Below, piece by piece: positions 1 to 13,175 of a stretch of DNA of 64,000 nucleotides; position 1 is the first letter of the stretch, and each line of letters starts with the position of its first letter. The notes under the pieces were generated by a model that made no database searches, was not told the DNA's origin, and saw only the letters and a list, made by a program, of their open reading frames with translations. The stretch is from contig CM119270.1 in NCBI GenBank assembly GCA_051294375.1, forward strand, positions 20,668,417 through 20,732,416, in the 5' to 3' direction. The position numbers and the translations under genes were made by a program. The stretch comes from Paraspadella gotoi. Taxonomy: Eukaryota > Animalia > Chaetognatha.

Positions 1-586
1 TTCTAAAAGGTATAATAGCACTTTTTTGAACCAAAAAAAGATGCAAGGCCTTTAGCATTTCAAAATAATAAACTGCATTAAAAATAAATATTAAAAATTA
101 AGGAAAACTAAATATGATTTTTTTCGCTATTTTTTATTTGAAGTAACAATATTTTTTGGCCTGTAACTTCTAAACGATTTGACCTACAAAAAAATGGAAG
201 GAAGCTACTGAAAAAAAATTCAATGTAGATCCGAAAACATTCTGATTTTTTAAATCAAATAATTTTCGAATAGATATCCTTTATTAAAAATGCTATATAC
301 TTTTTTCCTAGATAGTACATCCAAAGGTGTGAACGGCCTGAAGAAAGTGAATGACTCACAGAAGTGAATGACTCACAGAATTGAATGACTCACAGAAGCG
401 AATGACATCGAAGTGAATGACCCGATCGAAAGAATGCCTTCATCTTTGTCTTCATCTTTGTCGTCTTCGTCGCTTTTATTGTCGGCTTCATTGTCATTAT
501 TATTGTCGTCATTATCTTCTTCCTAAACGTTATAATTTTTTTGTTAATTTTCGTCTTCATTGTTGTCATTGTCATTATAGTCATTA

Positions 587-1854
587 AGGTGTAGTGAAAG
601 TTACGTATGGAAATTCTAAAGGTCACTTAATGAACAACATACCATCAGTGAACATTAATTTGGTAAAAAAAATTAAATTTTAATGTTTTGAAGAGACAGT
701 TAATTATTGTTAATCAGTTTTAGTGATAGACCGTTCAATATAAGCAGTCCCCTGAAGCTTCGTGATCAGGCTGTAAACCAATGTTACAGGCGGCGTTTAG
801 CGCCCCGGTCCACTCTTAACTGCCAGACGACCACGCGGCTAAGAACCCCAAGACCTTTGGGTTGGGAGGCGAATGACTTGCCTCCGGCACAATGGCCGCT
901 GATGAATGGTTGGTGGTTTTAGTTCCACCATACATCCACCCCTACCCGTTAGGAAGATGTCTGTTGCCATCTCTTTCAGTGAATTGTTGTTGTTGGTGGA
1001 AAGTGCGTCAACCAAGTTGAGGGCAGTCGCACTGATGTGTTGTGGCGGAAGTCATTCGCCAGGATTGAGCATGTCGCTGAAAGTTGTTGTTGTTGCCGTT
1101 GTGTTCGGAAATTCGGGGCTCACCAAATGAAGAGACAAGTAATTATTGTTATCAGGTTAGTTGATAGAACTCGTTCAATATAAGCAGTCCCTGAGCTTCG
1201 GATCAGGCTGTAAACACATGTTTACAGGCGGGTTAAGCGCCCCGTCCCTCTTAATGCCAGGACGACCGACCGGGCTAGAACCCCAGACCTTTGGGGTTGG
1301 GAGGCGAATGACTTGGCCTCCGCGCCATCCTTAGTCCACCATAGTTTTTTAATTTTCGCAGTAGGCTATATTTTATATATAGTACTATCCTTAATAAAAT
1401 CGAAAAATTTAAATAGGCTTTTCTTAATTTTTATTGCAGATTTGAATTCCTCGTCAAAAGTTGATAAAAGAAAATTAAATTATTTTTAAAAATTCTTTCA
1501 TTAAGTGGGTTAAACTTAAAAAACTATATTTAATATATAAAAAAATAATTTTCAGCTTAAAATATAGCTTTTTTAAATTTTGACCCACTTAATGAAAGAA
1601 TTTTTTAAAAAGAGTTATATTTCTTTCTATCAACTTTTTATGACGAATCCAAATCTGCAAAAAAAAATCTTAGAAAAACTGTTTTGAAATTTTAACATTT
1701 ATTGCATTAGTACTAGTATAAATATGGCCTACTGCGTAAATTGTAAAATTTATTATAAATTTTTTTTATACATAAATGTTCATTAGTATAATGTTGTTCG
1801 TTCCTCACTTTAGAATTTTAATTAAAGTTAAAATTTAGAAATTTTACTACGCCT
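587..1854. mobile_element. Fold-back MITE interrupted by the TRIM-like element
   Basis: Termini AGGTGTAGT..ACTACGCCT flanked by TA; interior is a long imperfect palindrome; uninterrupted copy at 61275-61888. Confidence 0.8.
689..1343 (-). mobile_element. TRIM-like miniature LTR retrotransposon
   Basis: Direct repeats 689-934 and 1128-1343 (minus strand TGTATGGTGG..CTCTTCA), PBS TGGTGAGCCCCGA at 1125-1113, PPT GGGTAGGGGTGGA at 947-935, GTTT duplicated at 685-688 and 1344-1347. Confidence 0.75.
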
Positions 1855-2259
1855 TAATAGTCATCTGTGTTTACATCGTTGTCGTCATCATCGTCATTAA
1901 CATCATCGTCGCCATCGTCGTCGTTGTCAACAGTGTATAATCATCATCGTACTATAATTCCTCATCATCTTCGTGGTCATCATCTTCTTTGTAATCGTCA
2001 TAAATATCATCATCATCTTCGTCAACATCTTCATAATCATAGTCGATGTCATCGAAAGTCATCGTCGTCATCTTTTTAGTCATTGTCATCGTCGTCTTTT
2101 GCCTTAAACGTCATTATTTTTTTTGTCAATTTTTGTCATTATTGTCATTTTCGTCCTCGTCATCTTCATCTTCGTCGTCGTCAACATCAACGAATTCGTT
2201 GAGGTTTTTTCCGTCATTTTCTCGCGATTGCTATTCCGGTCGGGAGAGGGATAAGGAAG

Positions 2260-2316
<57 letters not shown>

Positions 2317-2596
2317 TCATTTGCATCGAGTTTACATTAGAAATCTCATCTCGTCTCCCATCGTTGATGCTGATGTTTTTGTTGTTGTTTTGTTTTTTGT
2401 TTATGTTTTGTTTTAGTTTTCGTCGTTAATCTTCGTCGACAGGTGGCGTTTTGGGATGAAGGTTTCGATTAGCCGTGGAGAGGTCACTGGTTCGATTCCA
2501 ACGACAGCTTTTGTATCCCAATTACTATATATCTAACACTTAAAGAATCTCTGCACTGAATGAAAAAAAAAACTTCATTGCAAATTCGACGACGGG

Positions 2597-2651
<55 letters not shown>

Positions 2652-5365
2652 TAATATAAACATTAAATACAACAGGGACTGAATTTAATTATTATACATA
2701 AAAATATTTGTAAAGAGGTGAAAAAAAGTAACGAGAATGTAAGAGGACAAAAAGAGAAGAGGAGAGAGTCGCTAGTTCCTAAGCTAAACTCTTTATTCTA
2801 CTCTCACAACGTAAAAGCTATAACTATAACTTTGCTTCAAATGTAGGGCTTCCTCTAATCCTAAATAGTATTGTCTTATTGCAGTTATTTGAATTCACTT
2901 TCGCTCAAAACAGTTGATATATAAATCTCATTAATAATATAAATCTCATTAGTTAACAAATTCTTTACATAATGATTATGAGGTGTCTGTCACAATATCA
3001 AAAATTTAGTAAAAACACGCTTCACAACTCTCTGCTATAAATATTAAGAATACACAAACTTCAAATTGTTCCTATGCTAAAACGATGCTTTCTCCTTAAA
3101 TATTCAACTACCTACTTAACCATGCATAGTATACCATATTCTTGCAAAATATTAAGATCCGCTTACACATCATGTCTCATAATGTCAACTTATTATTTTT
3201 ATCGAGGCAGTAAATCGCACATCCAAAAAGCATCTGTGTCAACCCAAATTATCTTACGGCGCAAAAAACTCGTTTCTAAAGATAACTTTCTACTTATTTA
3301 TTTATATGGCATTAAGCTCACTGAGCTATAAGACGCGAATATGCGCCTTCTATCAGCGGTGCCACATTAGTATAATATTAGGATTGTATTATATAATGAA
3401 TTATGGTTTTAGTATACATGTAGAATGTTGTATCCAGGCATTGTGGGTAGGTAGAATTTATATGTTAGTTACGTTCTTCAACGTTTTAAGAATTTTAACG
3501 TTAAGAGAGAATTATAAATAATAGTCAAATATTTGTACTAACAGATATGCAGAGTTAAACACCTTAAATATGTCATTGGCATGAACCTGTAGTTTATCTA
3601 GAAAATACGTTGGTGTCGTCAGCATCGTCATTGAGAGCATCAGTGCGTACAATCGTCTGTGCTTTGTCACAGATCACAATCATGGCAATCGTACAATAAT
3701 ATTCCTGCATTCTCTATACATGCGTTCGGCTCATTGCGATCGCTCTCTCACTTTGTATAAATACAATACCACTACCGTCATAGAATATCATCCATCACTT
3801 TCCTTCTCTAGTACTAACATTCTATTACATCACACTACACTCTTATCCTAATCAATAAGCCGATACGCGGAGAATCCGTCCTACCACCGTTGCGAAATAG
3901 AATCGATACTATCGAGTCCTAGCTTCCTTTATTTCTCTATGGTCGCATATGGTCATTCCGTCCGCTTCTCTTAATATTGACGTCACTTAAACTGACTCAT
4001 TCTATTGCATTCCGGATGGTATTTGTTTTGAGTGCTAGATATATCTTTATTCGTCCATTATTGTCATTTTCGTCGCTCGTCTCCTCATTCTTCACTCTGC
4101 TATGCGTCAGTCGGTCAAGCGATCAACCGATATCTTCTGTTGCACGTGTTTCTTCCTCTTATGCTAGCATTCTTCTCCTTCTGCTTGAGCGCACCTCTGA
4201 GTCTCATTCTCTTCGCGCTCTTCGCGTGGCGAGCACCGCGCGCATTACCATGGAACTCTTCCTCCTCTTGCTCTGACGAGCCAGCAAGAGCAGATGTATG
4301 ATGTAGTCTGAATGAGCAGCGACGTATCTTCATGCGTACGACGTCATTGCGCATGCACGAGATCAGCTGACGCTCAGTAGCAGCATGAGCTAGAGAGAGA
4401 GAGAGAGCTTATCATACAAGAGCGCAGAATAATCATGTCAGGTTTGTCTTGGTTCGCCGTGCGCAATGCGTTGCCTTTCGCTACTCGCAGCTTCTTAGCA
4501 GTTCACGATATACTCAGTCTTCAATCTCATGCCGATCCAGCATTTTTTTCCCATATTCTTTTCTCCATCGTTTCTCCGGCATACTTACCGTCCGTCGATC
4601 TGCTCGATTCTTTCCTGTTTTCTCTTATTGGTTGTGTTGTTCTTGTCGAGTTTTTGTTTATTCTTCGCTTTGCTGTTTTCAGGTTTCCTTTCGGTCGTCG
4701 CTGCTTCTCCGTCTGGAATCATTCAATTTTTCGGCTTTCTCTGCTCTCGAGTTTCCTCCGTACATCCATCTGCCTCGTTGACAGGCCCATCCTCTTCTCG
4801 GCTGGAGGTGGGCCGTGTTGTGGGATGAAGGTTTTTCGAGTTTGAAGGTCATCATTTTTGCTCATTTGTCGTCATTCGTTTTTTTGGATTCTTTTGCATC
4901 GACTCTCCTGGTGGGCGGCTCAAGGCTGCTCCTCGATCAACGCATCGGGCACTAAGGTTTTATGGTGGGTCCGTGTGTCTTCGTGCGTGCGGCTAGAGTT
5001 CTCTACTTTTGGCTCCATCGAAAATGAACGGACCTACGGCTTTTGTATGCGCCCAACTTACCTTGATACGGTAATTTTGCTATCAGGTTAACAGGGAAGA
5101 AGAAAAGCTAAGGCTTAGACGAAATTAAAAAGATTGCTATCTTGATTTTGTTCTCTCTATCTCCTGGCGCAGGACACGAATAGAGATCGGAGAAAAAAAA
5201 ACACCGTTACCATAGCTAGCGAGGAGCATTGGCGCACGTCTCTCGACGGTCGTCTCAGCGGGCCGGGTCTAGGTCTCTCTCATCCTCTCGGCGGGTCTTT
5301 CTCGTCTCTTCCTCATTCGTCTCGTGCGGTCCGCCAGGTGTCCGTCGACCTTCCTCTCTGGATCG

Positions 5366-5419
<54 letters not shown>

Positions 5420-6114
5420 TCATATCTCCTCAGTATTTANNNNNNNNNNNNNNNNNNNNNNNNNTTCATCCTCCTTCTTCTCCTCATCATTTTCTTTTCC
5501 TCCTTCTCCTCTTCCTCATCCTCCTCTTCCTCCTTTCTCTCCATCATTTTCTTCTTCTTCTTCCTCCTCATCTCCTCTTCCTCCTCTCTCCTCATCATTT
5601 TTCTTTTCCTCTTCCTCCTCGGAAGAGGAAAAGAAAAATGATGGAGAAGAGGAGGAAGAGCAGGATGAGGGAGAAGAGGAGGAAGAGGAGGATGAGGGAT
5701 AAGAGAAGGAAGATAGCATGAGGGAGAGGAAGAGGATGAGGAGAATGAGGAGGTAAGATTACAGCTCGAACATCCCATCCGGAATTTGGGTAAGTATCGC
5801 TTTGGAAAGAGGAACATCGCAGTTGGACAGAATGTAGATCCTTTACTGCAACGGGTGAGGTTCTCGTTGCTTATTGATTAGGATAAGGATTAGGGTAAAG
5901 ATTAGAGGAAGGGGTAGGGTATTGATTAGGGCAATGATTAGAATTAGGGTAAGCATTTCCCAATTTTCTAATCGTTCATGCCAGAATTTATGTTTAACTT
6001 TGATATTTAACATAGATTTATTCTTAAACGTATACATAAATCCCACACCGTAATCCATAATCCAAACCTAATCTTAAACCCTAATTGCTCATAGTCGGTC
6101 TGCGGGAATATAAA

Positions 6115-6692
6115 TAATAGAGATTGGTTGGAAGGTAAGCTATTGATTGGATCGATAAATAGCTTGGTTGGATAATATATATTGGTTGGAAGGTAAGCTA
6201 TTGATTGGATCGATAAATAGCTTGGTTGGATAATATATATTGGTTGGAAGGTAAGCTATTGATTGGATCAATATATAGCTTGGTTGGATAATTGAGATTG
6301 GTTGGAAAGTAAGCTATTGATTGGATCGATATATAGCTTGGTTGGATAATAAAGATTGGTTGGAAGGTAAGCTATTAATTGGATCGATAAATTGCTTGGT
6401 GGGATACTAGAGATTGGTTGGAAGGTAAGCTATTGGTTGGATCGATAAATAGATTGGTTGGATAATAGAGATTGGTTGGAAGGTAAGCTATTGAATGGAT
6501 CGATATATAGCTTGGATAATAGAGATTGGTTGGAAGGTAAGGTATTGATTGGATCGATAAATAGCTTGGTTGGATAATAGAGATTGGTTGGAAGGTAAGC
6601 TATTGATTGGATCGATAAATAGCTTGGTTGGATAATTGAGATTGGTTGGAAGGTAAGCTATTGATTGGATCGATAAATAGCTTGTCTGGATA
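6115..6692. repeat. Minisatellite, 58-bp unit, ~10 copies
   Basis: Unit AATAGAGATTGGTTGGAAGGTAAGCTATTGATTGGATCGATAAATAGCTTGGTTGGAT. Confidence 0.95.
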
Positions 6693-6785
6693 ATGGGAAA
6701 AAGAGTCTCGATGACAGAAGAAAGAAAATAATGGAATCGGGATGAAGCGAAGGTCATTGAGGTCCAAGGAAGGGGGGGCGACGAC

Positions 6786-6818
<33 letters not shown>

Positions 6819-7320
6819 ATTATTAGAGAGAATGATGATTGATGGATGGATGATGATGATGATGAATGATGTAATGATGAGTGTTGAAGGTTAATCATGC
6901 CGGACGATGACGCACGATTGAACAAATGACGCGACGAAGACTAGAGCGATGACGACGATGACGACGATTGATCACGACTTTGATGTCACGGTTAGACAAT
7001 GATTTCGTCGAACAATGACAAGTAGAAAAAAAGTACGGCGAATTATAAAGATTAACGATGAATCAACTATACTGACACTCGACGGCAGAAAAAGACAACC
7101 GACGCCCGACAAAGATGACGGAGATGGTTTTTATGAGATTTTCTCGAAGGGAAATAACAACAACAACAACCAAGAACGACAATGAACACGTTGCTTTGCG
7201 AAAAAAAAAAACCACAACATAAAAAAGAGACGACGACGACACGAAAACGACGATGAAAACGAAGACGACGCGATCAATAAAGAAACGCCGAATGAGAGAG
7301 AGAGGAGAGAGAGGAGAGAG

Positions 7321-7367
<47 letters not shown>

Positions 7368-8262
7368 AGAGGCACGAGGATAGGACCGTCGTCGGAATTT
7401 GGGCATGGAAGTGTTTTGGTTTTTTCATTAGGCTCCAGGAGGATTCGTTTAAGTTGTTAGATATATTAGTAATTGGGATACAAAAGCTAGTCGTTGGAAT
7501 CGAACCAGTGACCATCTCCACGGCTAATCGAAACCTTTTGCATCCCAAAACGCCCACCTGTCGACGGAAAGATTTAAACGGGAGACTCGAAAACTAAAAA
7601 CATAAACATAACCAAACAACAACAACAACGATAGCAACCTCAACGATTCACGACGGAGATGAGATTTCTAATGTAAACTCGTGCAAAATGATCTCTCTTC
7701 TCTTCTCTTCTCTCTCCTTCTCTCTCTCTTATCTGCCTGCTGCTCCTTTCAATGTCTCTCGCTGCTCTCTCTGGGTCTTCCTTATTCCCTCTTCCCGCCA
7801 GACCGGAATAGCAATGTCGGCGAGGAAAAGTGACGGAACAGATACCTTCAACGGAATTTCGGTCTGGATGGTTGACGAACGGGGACGAGAGATGAAGGAT
7901 GACGAGGAGCGAAATGACAACTAATTGACAAAAATTGGAAAGAAACAAAAATTGACGGTTTAAGGGCCAAAAGACGACGTTGACACATGGACTAAAACAG
8001 ATGAAAAACAGCGACGCGAATTGATTTCAGATGATCGCATCGACTATGATTATGAGATTTGACTAAGATGAGTGATGATATTATAATGATGGATTGACAA
8101 AGAATTAATGATGACCGACGGAAGAGATGGAGGACGATTATAGTGACGTGGATTGAGTGTGATTATGCAGGCTGTTGGACAACGACGCACGATGGCGACG
8201 GATGGATCGTATTAGATGTGACAGATTGATGACGACAACGATGTAACACAGATGACGTATTA

Positions 8263-8983
8263 AGGCGTCAAGTAAAATTTTCTTAATAGACTTAATATTC
8301 TGTGGGCGAATTAATTGTAAAAAATTCTAAAAGTGAGGAACGAACAACATTATAACTAATGGAACATTTATGTATAAAAAAATTTTTATAATAAAATTTA
8401 TAGCAATTTACCGGCAGTAGGCCACTATTTATACCTAGTACTAATGCAATAAAATGTTTAAAGTTTCAAAACAGTTTTTTCTTAAGAAAATTTTTCTTTT
8501 GGGCAGATTTGGAGTTCGTTCATAAAAGTGTGCTTTAGGACAAGAAATATAGACTCTTTTATAAAAATATCTTTCATTAAGTGGGTCTAAACCATTTTAA
8601 AAAAGGCTATATATTTTAAGAGGCTGAAAATTTGTTTTTTTATATATTACAATGATAGTTGTTTTTTTAAGAGTATTTAAACCGTCACTTAATGGAAAGA
8701 ATTTTTAAAATTAATTTATGATTTATTTCTTTTATCACTTTTGGACGAGGAATTCCAAATCTGCAATCTCAAAATTAAGAAAAGCCTATTTTAAAATAAT
8801 TTTCGACTTTTAGATTAAGGATAGGTACGTATATATTATAAATATAGCCGTACTGCCGTAAATTAAAAACCATAAAGTTAATATTTTTTTACAAATTAAT
8901 GTTTCACATGGATGGTATGTTGGTTATGAATTTTGACGCCTTTAGAAATTATCGCATACCGGTAACTTTCTGACTAACAACCT
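8263..8983. mobile_element. Noisy inverted copy of the same MITE (empty at TRIM site)
   Basis: Reverse-complement similarity to 587-1854 minus 689-1343; repeated again at 14075-14809. Confidence 0.7.
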
Positions 8984-11559
8984 TAATTGAGCGTATAATG
9001 ACAATGACAACAATGGAAGACGGAAAATTAACAAAAAAATTTATAACGTTTAGGAAGAAGATTAATGACGACAATAATTAATGACAATGAAGCGAACAAT
9101 AAAATGCGACGAAGACGAGAAAGATGAAGACAAAGATGAAGGCATTTCTTTCGATCGGGTCATTCACTTCGATGTCATTCGCTTTCTGTGAGTCATTCAA
9201 TTCTGTGAAGTCATTCACTTCATGGTGAGTCATTCACTTTCTTCAGTCCGTTCACACCTTTGATTGTACTATCTAGGAAAAAAGTATATAGCATTTTTTA
9301 ATAAAGGATATCTATTCGGAAAATTATTTGATTAAAAATCAGAATGTTTTTCGGATCTACATTTGAATTTTTTTCAGTAGCTTAACCTTCCATTTTGTGT
9401 AGCGTCAAATCGTTTAGAAGTTACAGTGCCAAAAAATATTGTTACTTCAAATAAAAATAGCGAAAAAAATTTTTTTTTTTTCCACATATTTATTTAGGTT
9501 TTTTCCTTTTAATTTTTTAATATTATTTTAATGCAGTTTATATATAATAATATTTGCTTATCAATGGACTCCTAAAACATCTGTCTCTATGTCGGTTCCA
9601 AAATCTTTGTTTTGTTTCACCATTTATAAAGTCTTAATATACCTTTTACAAAGGATGTGAGAAAGACATTGCATCTAACCAAGACATTGGTGTCTGAAAG
9701 AATTTCCATTAAAGATGTTGATAAACATTTTCAACTGTCATAAATCCAATTTGCTGTACTGAGTAGCATGCCTCAGAGAAATGCGGCAGTAAGTCGATAG
9801 CCGAGGAGGGGTCCATACCAAATATGAGAATGTTTTACCCTGTTTTGTATCCGCCTTTTTATTGATAAATGAATTATTTATATCTTTTTGCCTAGATAGT
9901 ATATTGTATATATTTATTTTTTTCCTAGATAAAGTTAAATTTTTTTTAAATATTTCTCCCAAAGGAAATTGGGCATTAATCTTGTATTTTGGTTAAAATA
10001 TGAAAAATGAGATCAATAGTTATTCTCTTCTTCTCTCTTCTCTCTCTCTACTCTCTTCTCTCTCCATCCTCCCTATTCCCTTATTCTTTTCTTTTCTCCT
10101 TCTAATCTATTATATATATTTCTTTCTTCTCTTTTCCTCTTCTTCTCTCCCTTCTCCTCTCCCTTATCTTTCCTTCTGCTCTCTCCCTGTCTCGGTCTCT
10201 CTTACTTTTTTCCGCTTTAACTTCCCTCACCATCTCCCATATTCTTTATCTCATTTTCCCTCTGCCTTCACTCAGCATTTCTTTATTTCTCTTCCTTTTC
10301 TTTTACCTCTCTGTTCCTCTGTCTCCCTCTCTCCATGCTTATCTCCTTTTCATCCTTTCTCTCTCCCTCCCTCTCTCCTTTATCTCTTTCCCTCTCTCTC
10401 CCCCCTCACTCTCTTTCGTCGCTTCCACCAAGTGTTAGAGCGCCCGGGACTGTCGCGCAGAAAGATAGTATTGATTCATGACTCGGCGCCCGTTTCTCTT
10501 TGGTAATGCAGCTGCAGAAGAAGGAGGAGATTGACCAGAGACGAGAAATGAGAAGAGAGAGATGAGAGAGATGGAGACCGAGAGAGTATGAGATTGAGAG
10601 AGAGAGAGAGAGTGAGAAAGGAAATCTAAGGAGACAAAAAATAGTTAAAAGGCGTAAGTGCAATATTTAGCGAGTTGTCTTTGCCTTCCATTTGAGAAAA
10701 GACGTGGGCCCCTTATTGTTTTAGAGGAAAAGCCGTTGAATTCATATCGTTCTAAGTTTCAAAAAAAAATTAAGTATTAACGAATTTAGATATTAGAAGA
10801 GTAAATACAATAGTGTGGCATTTTCAGTGTTGGTTCCTAGGTGATGCGTTGTGTCATTTCGATGGGTGAAAAACTAACGTTGAGGGCTACGTATTTTTAC
10901 TGTTTATATGACGTAAAGACTGTAAACACAGTACTTTTATTATGTATTGTTAAAACTTGGTTGGTGAACATTAAGATTACAAACCAGTTTCGAATCGTGC
11001 CCGCGATAATTTAGTGGTGAATTACAACAGATAATACAGTGCTGCCTAATATGATGGAAAATTCTAGAATTGGTACATTGGTCTGCCAATACATTAAATA
11101 CTTAGGCTTTGAAACTGAATGTTACTGGGTCTATAATGTAGTATAATCTGGGCCGTAAGTTTATGTCCTACTTAATATATTGCTAATTATAAAAAAATAT
11201 TTTATAAAATCAAAACAATATTTTTTTGTGTCAATATATATTATATTATTCATTAGCAATACTTGGATCTCCAGATACATATTAATTAAAATAAAATAAA
11301 ATTAGAATAAGAAAAATACTGTTTAAAAAATATTTTAAATTGTTTTCGAAACAACGTATTTTGATTGTAGCAAGACGTACATGTTTTAGTCTTATGACAT
11401 TACGAAGCCTTCGTCAGCGTCAAGAATTTTTGTGAATTTTTTGAAAGAGACATTGTGTGCAAAGGAGAAAAAGAACGTGAAAGAGAGAAAAGTGAGAGAG
11501 AGAGAGAGAGAGCAGAGGAATAGAGATGAGTGAGAGAGAGAGAGTGACGAGAGAGAGAG

Positions 11560-11830
11560 AGAGGCGGCAAACCGTTTCCAACACAGAGTGAGGCAAAAGA
11601 ACAGTGCGTCAGATGTGTAGGACATGGCTTAGTGAAGACAGAGGTGAGGCTTAGAAGCATACAGAAAAATACTGCCACCTATTGTAGACAGTCAGACTGG
11701 TCTCGTGCGTGCTCCATGACCCGAACTGGTTCTCAAGAGGTATTAGAGAGGCAATATACATCAAAGCCCTTGCAGCCCCTCTTTGAAACGTTGATGAGGA
11801 CGATTCAATCTCCCGTAACAAGCTATGATA
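11560..11830 (+). mobile_element. Penelope-like retroelement fragment (C-terminal GIY-YIG endonuclease region)
   Basis: 11715-11770 translates HDPNWFSRGIREAIYIKAL, followed with indels by PSLKRDE..FNLP, matching the W..R...EA..I....P.LN.D.G...LP end of PLE endonucleases. Confidence 0.75.
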
Positions 11831-13144
11831 CGCCGTAGTTCAAAAGCGGTGGTGGAGGCGCCCGTCTCCACCACGTCCGCAAAGTACTCCCTGTATCCAC
11901 TCAACGAAACAGGCGGAACCTTTGCGCAGCCAGGGATGGAAACATGCCTCTTGTCCAACGGCCAGAAACCTCACGCTCGGTCAGCAGGCGAGAAGAGGGC
12001 AGGTCGACGCGTACCAAAGCCAGAGAGACATTAGAGGGATAGCTTTTGCAGTCTTCCGCAACGACAGCCTCGCCTAGTTCCGAACAGCATACGAGGCTCA
12101 ACCACTATGACCTCTCAGACATTGATGCGCAAGCAATTGACTCGTACCACATCGTCAAGGCCTTTGTTATTTGCTTCGAAGCTAGCTCCATTTTGAGCTC
12201 TTTGCTTAGATTCCTTAACTTCGCTTTTTCTTTCTTTCTACTTAAATTTAATTGACTATCTCTCGAAATTTCACATTTTTCCGAATTTCAGTGTTTTACA
12301 CACTTTCACTTATAGTTTAGTGAATTAATTGTTACAAATATTTATTTCGAACTGTCAGTTTAAATAATTGATTATGCTTTGTTGTACATTGCACAATGTA
12401 TTGTTCATCTATATTTTCTCTCTCTTCTCTCTCTCTTTCTAAATATACTATATATTTATTTATACCAGTTTTAATTTTCTATTTCACAATATAGGTCTCA
12501 AACCTGTCCTTCACCTAAACGTCCTCATATCTGACCACTGGTTGCTCTGGCTGCAATCTGTTGTGGAAACGTTTGCCCTCTCCTCCTATCTCTTACTTCG
12601 TCATCGTACGTCTCTCGTCTGGCTTCTCTCGTCGTCTGCTGCTCTGCTCGNNNNNNNNNNNNNNNNNNNNNNNNNATGATGATGATGATGATGATGATGA
12701 TGGTAATGATGATGTTGAAGGTTATCATGCCGACGATGACGACGATGACAATGACGACGACGAAGACTAGAGCGATGACGACGATGACGACGATGATCAC
12801 GACTTTGATGTCATCGGTTATGACAATGATTTCGTCGAACAATGACAAGTAGAAAAAAAGTACGGCGATTATAAAGATTACGATGACAACTATACTGACA
12901 CTGACGGCAGAAAAAGACAACGACGCCGACAAAGATGACGGAGATGGTTTTTATGAGATTTCTCGAGGGAAATAACAACAACAACAACAAGAACGACAAT
13001 GAACACGTTGCTTTGCGAAAAAAAACAACAACAATAAAAAAGATGACGACGACGACGACGACGAACGAAAACGACGATGAAAACGAAGACGACGCGATCA
13101 ATAAAGAAACGCCGAATGAGAGAGAGAGGAGAGAGAGGAGAGAG

Positions 13145-13175
<31 letters not shown>

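Larger units (their letters stand above)
1..2640. repeat. Segment repeated in inverted orientation at ~7330-9650 and ~13150-15470
   Basis: Reverse-complement matches, e.g. 2440-2540 vs 7445-7565 and 330-540 vs 9030-9260. Confidence 0.9.

Noticed and set aside
2465-2505. GGTTCGATTCC B-box as tRNA gene
   Set aside because: No cloverleaf or acceptor stem could be built; at most a tRNA-derived SINE head remnant.
6115-6692. Regular repeats resembling a CRISPR array
   Set aside because: Head-to-tail 58-bp units without unique spacers; eukaryotic context; no cas genes.
11398-11430. CTGACGA on minus strand near the Penelope fragment as hammerhead core
   Set aside because: No stem II followed by GAAA could be formed.
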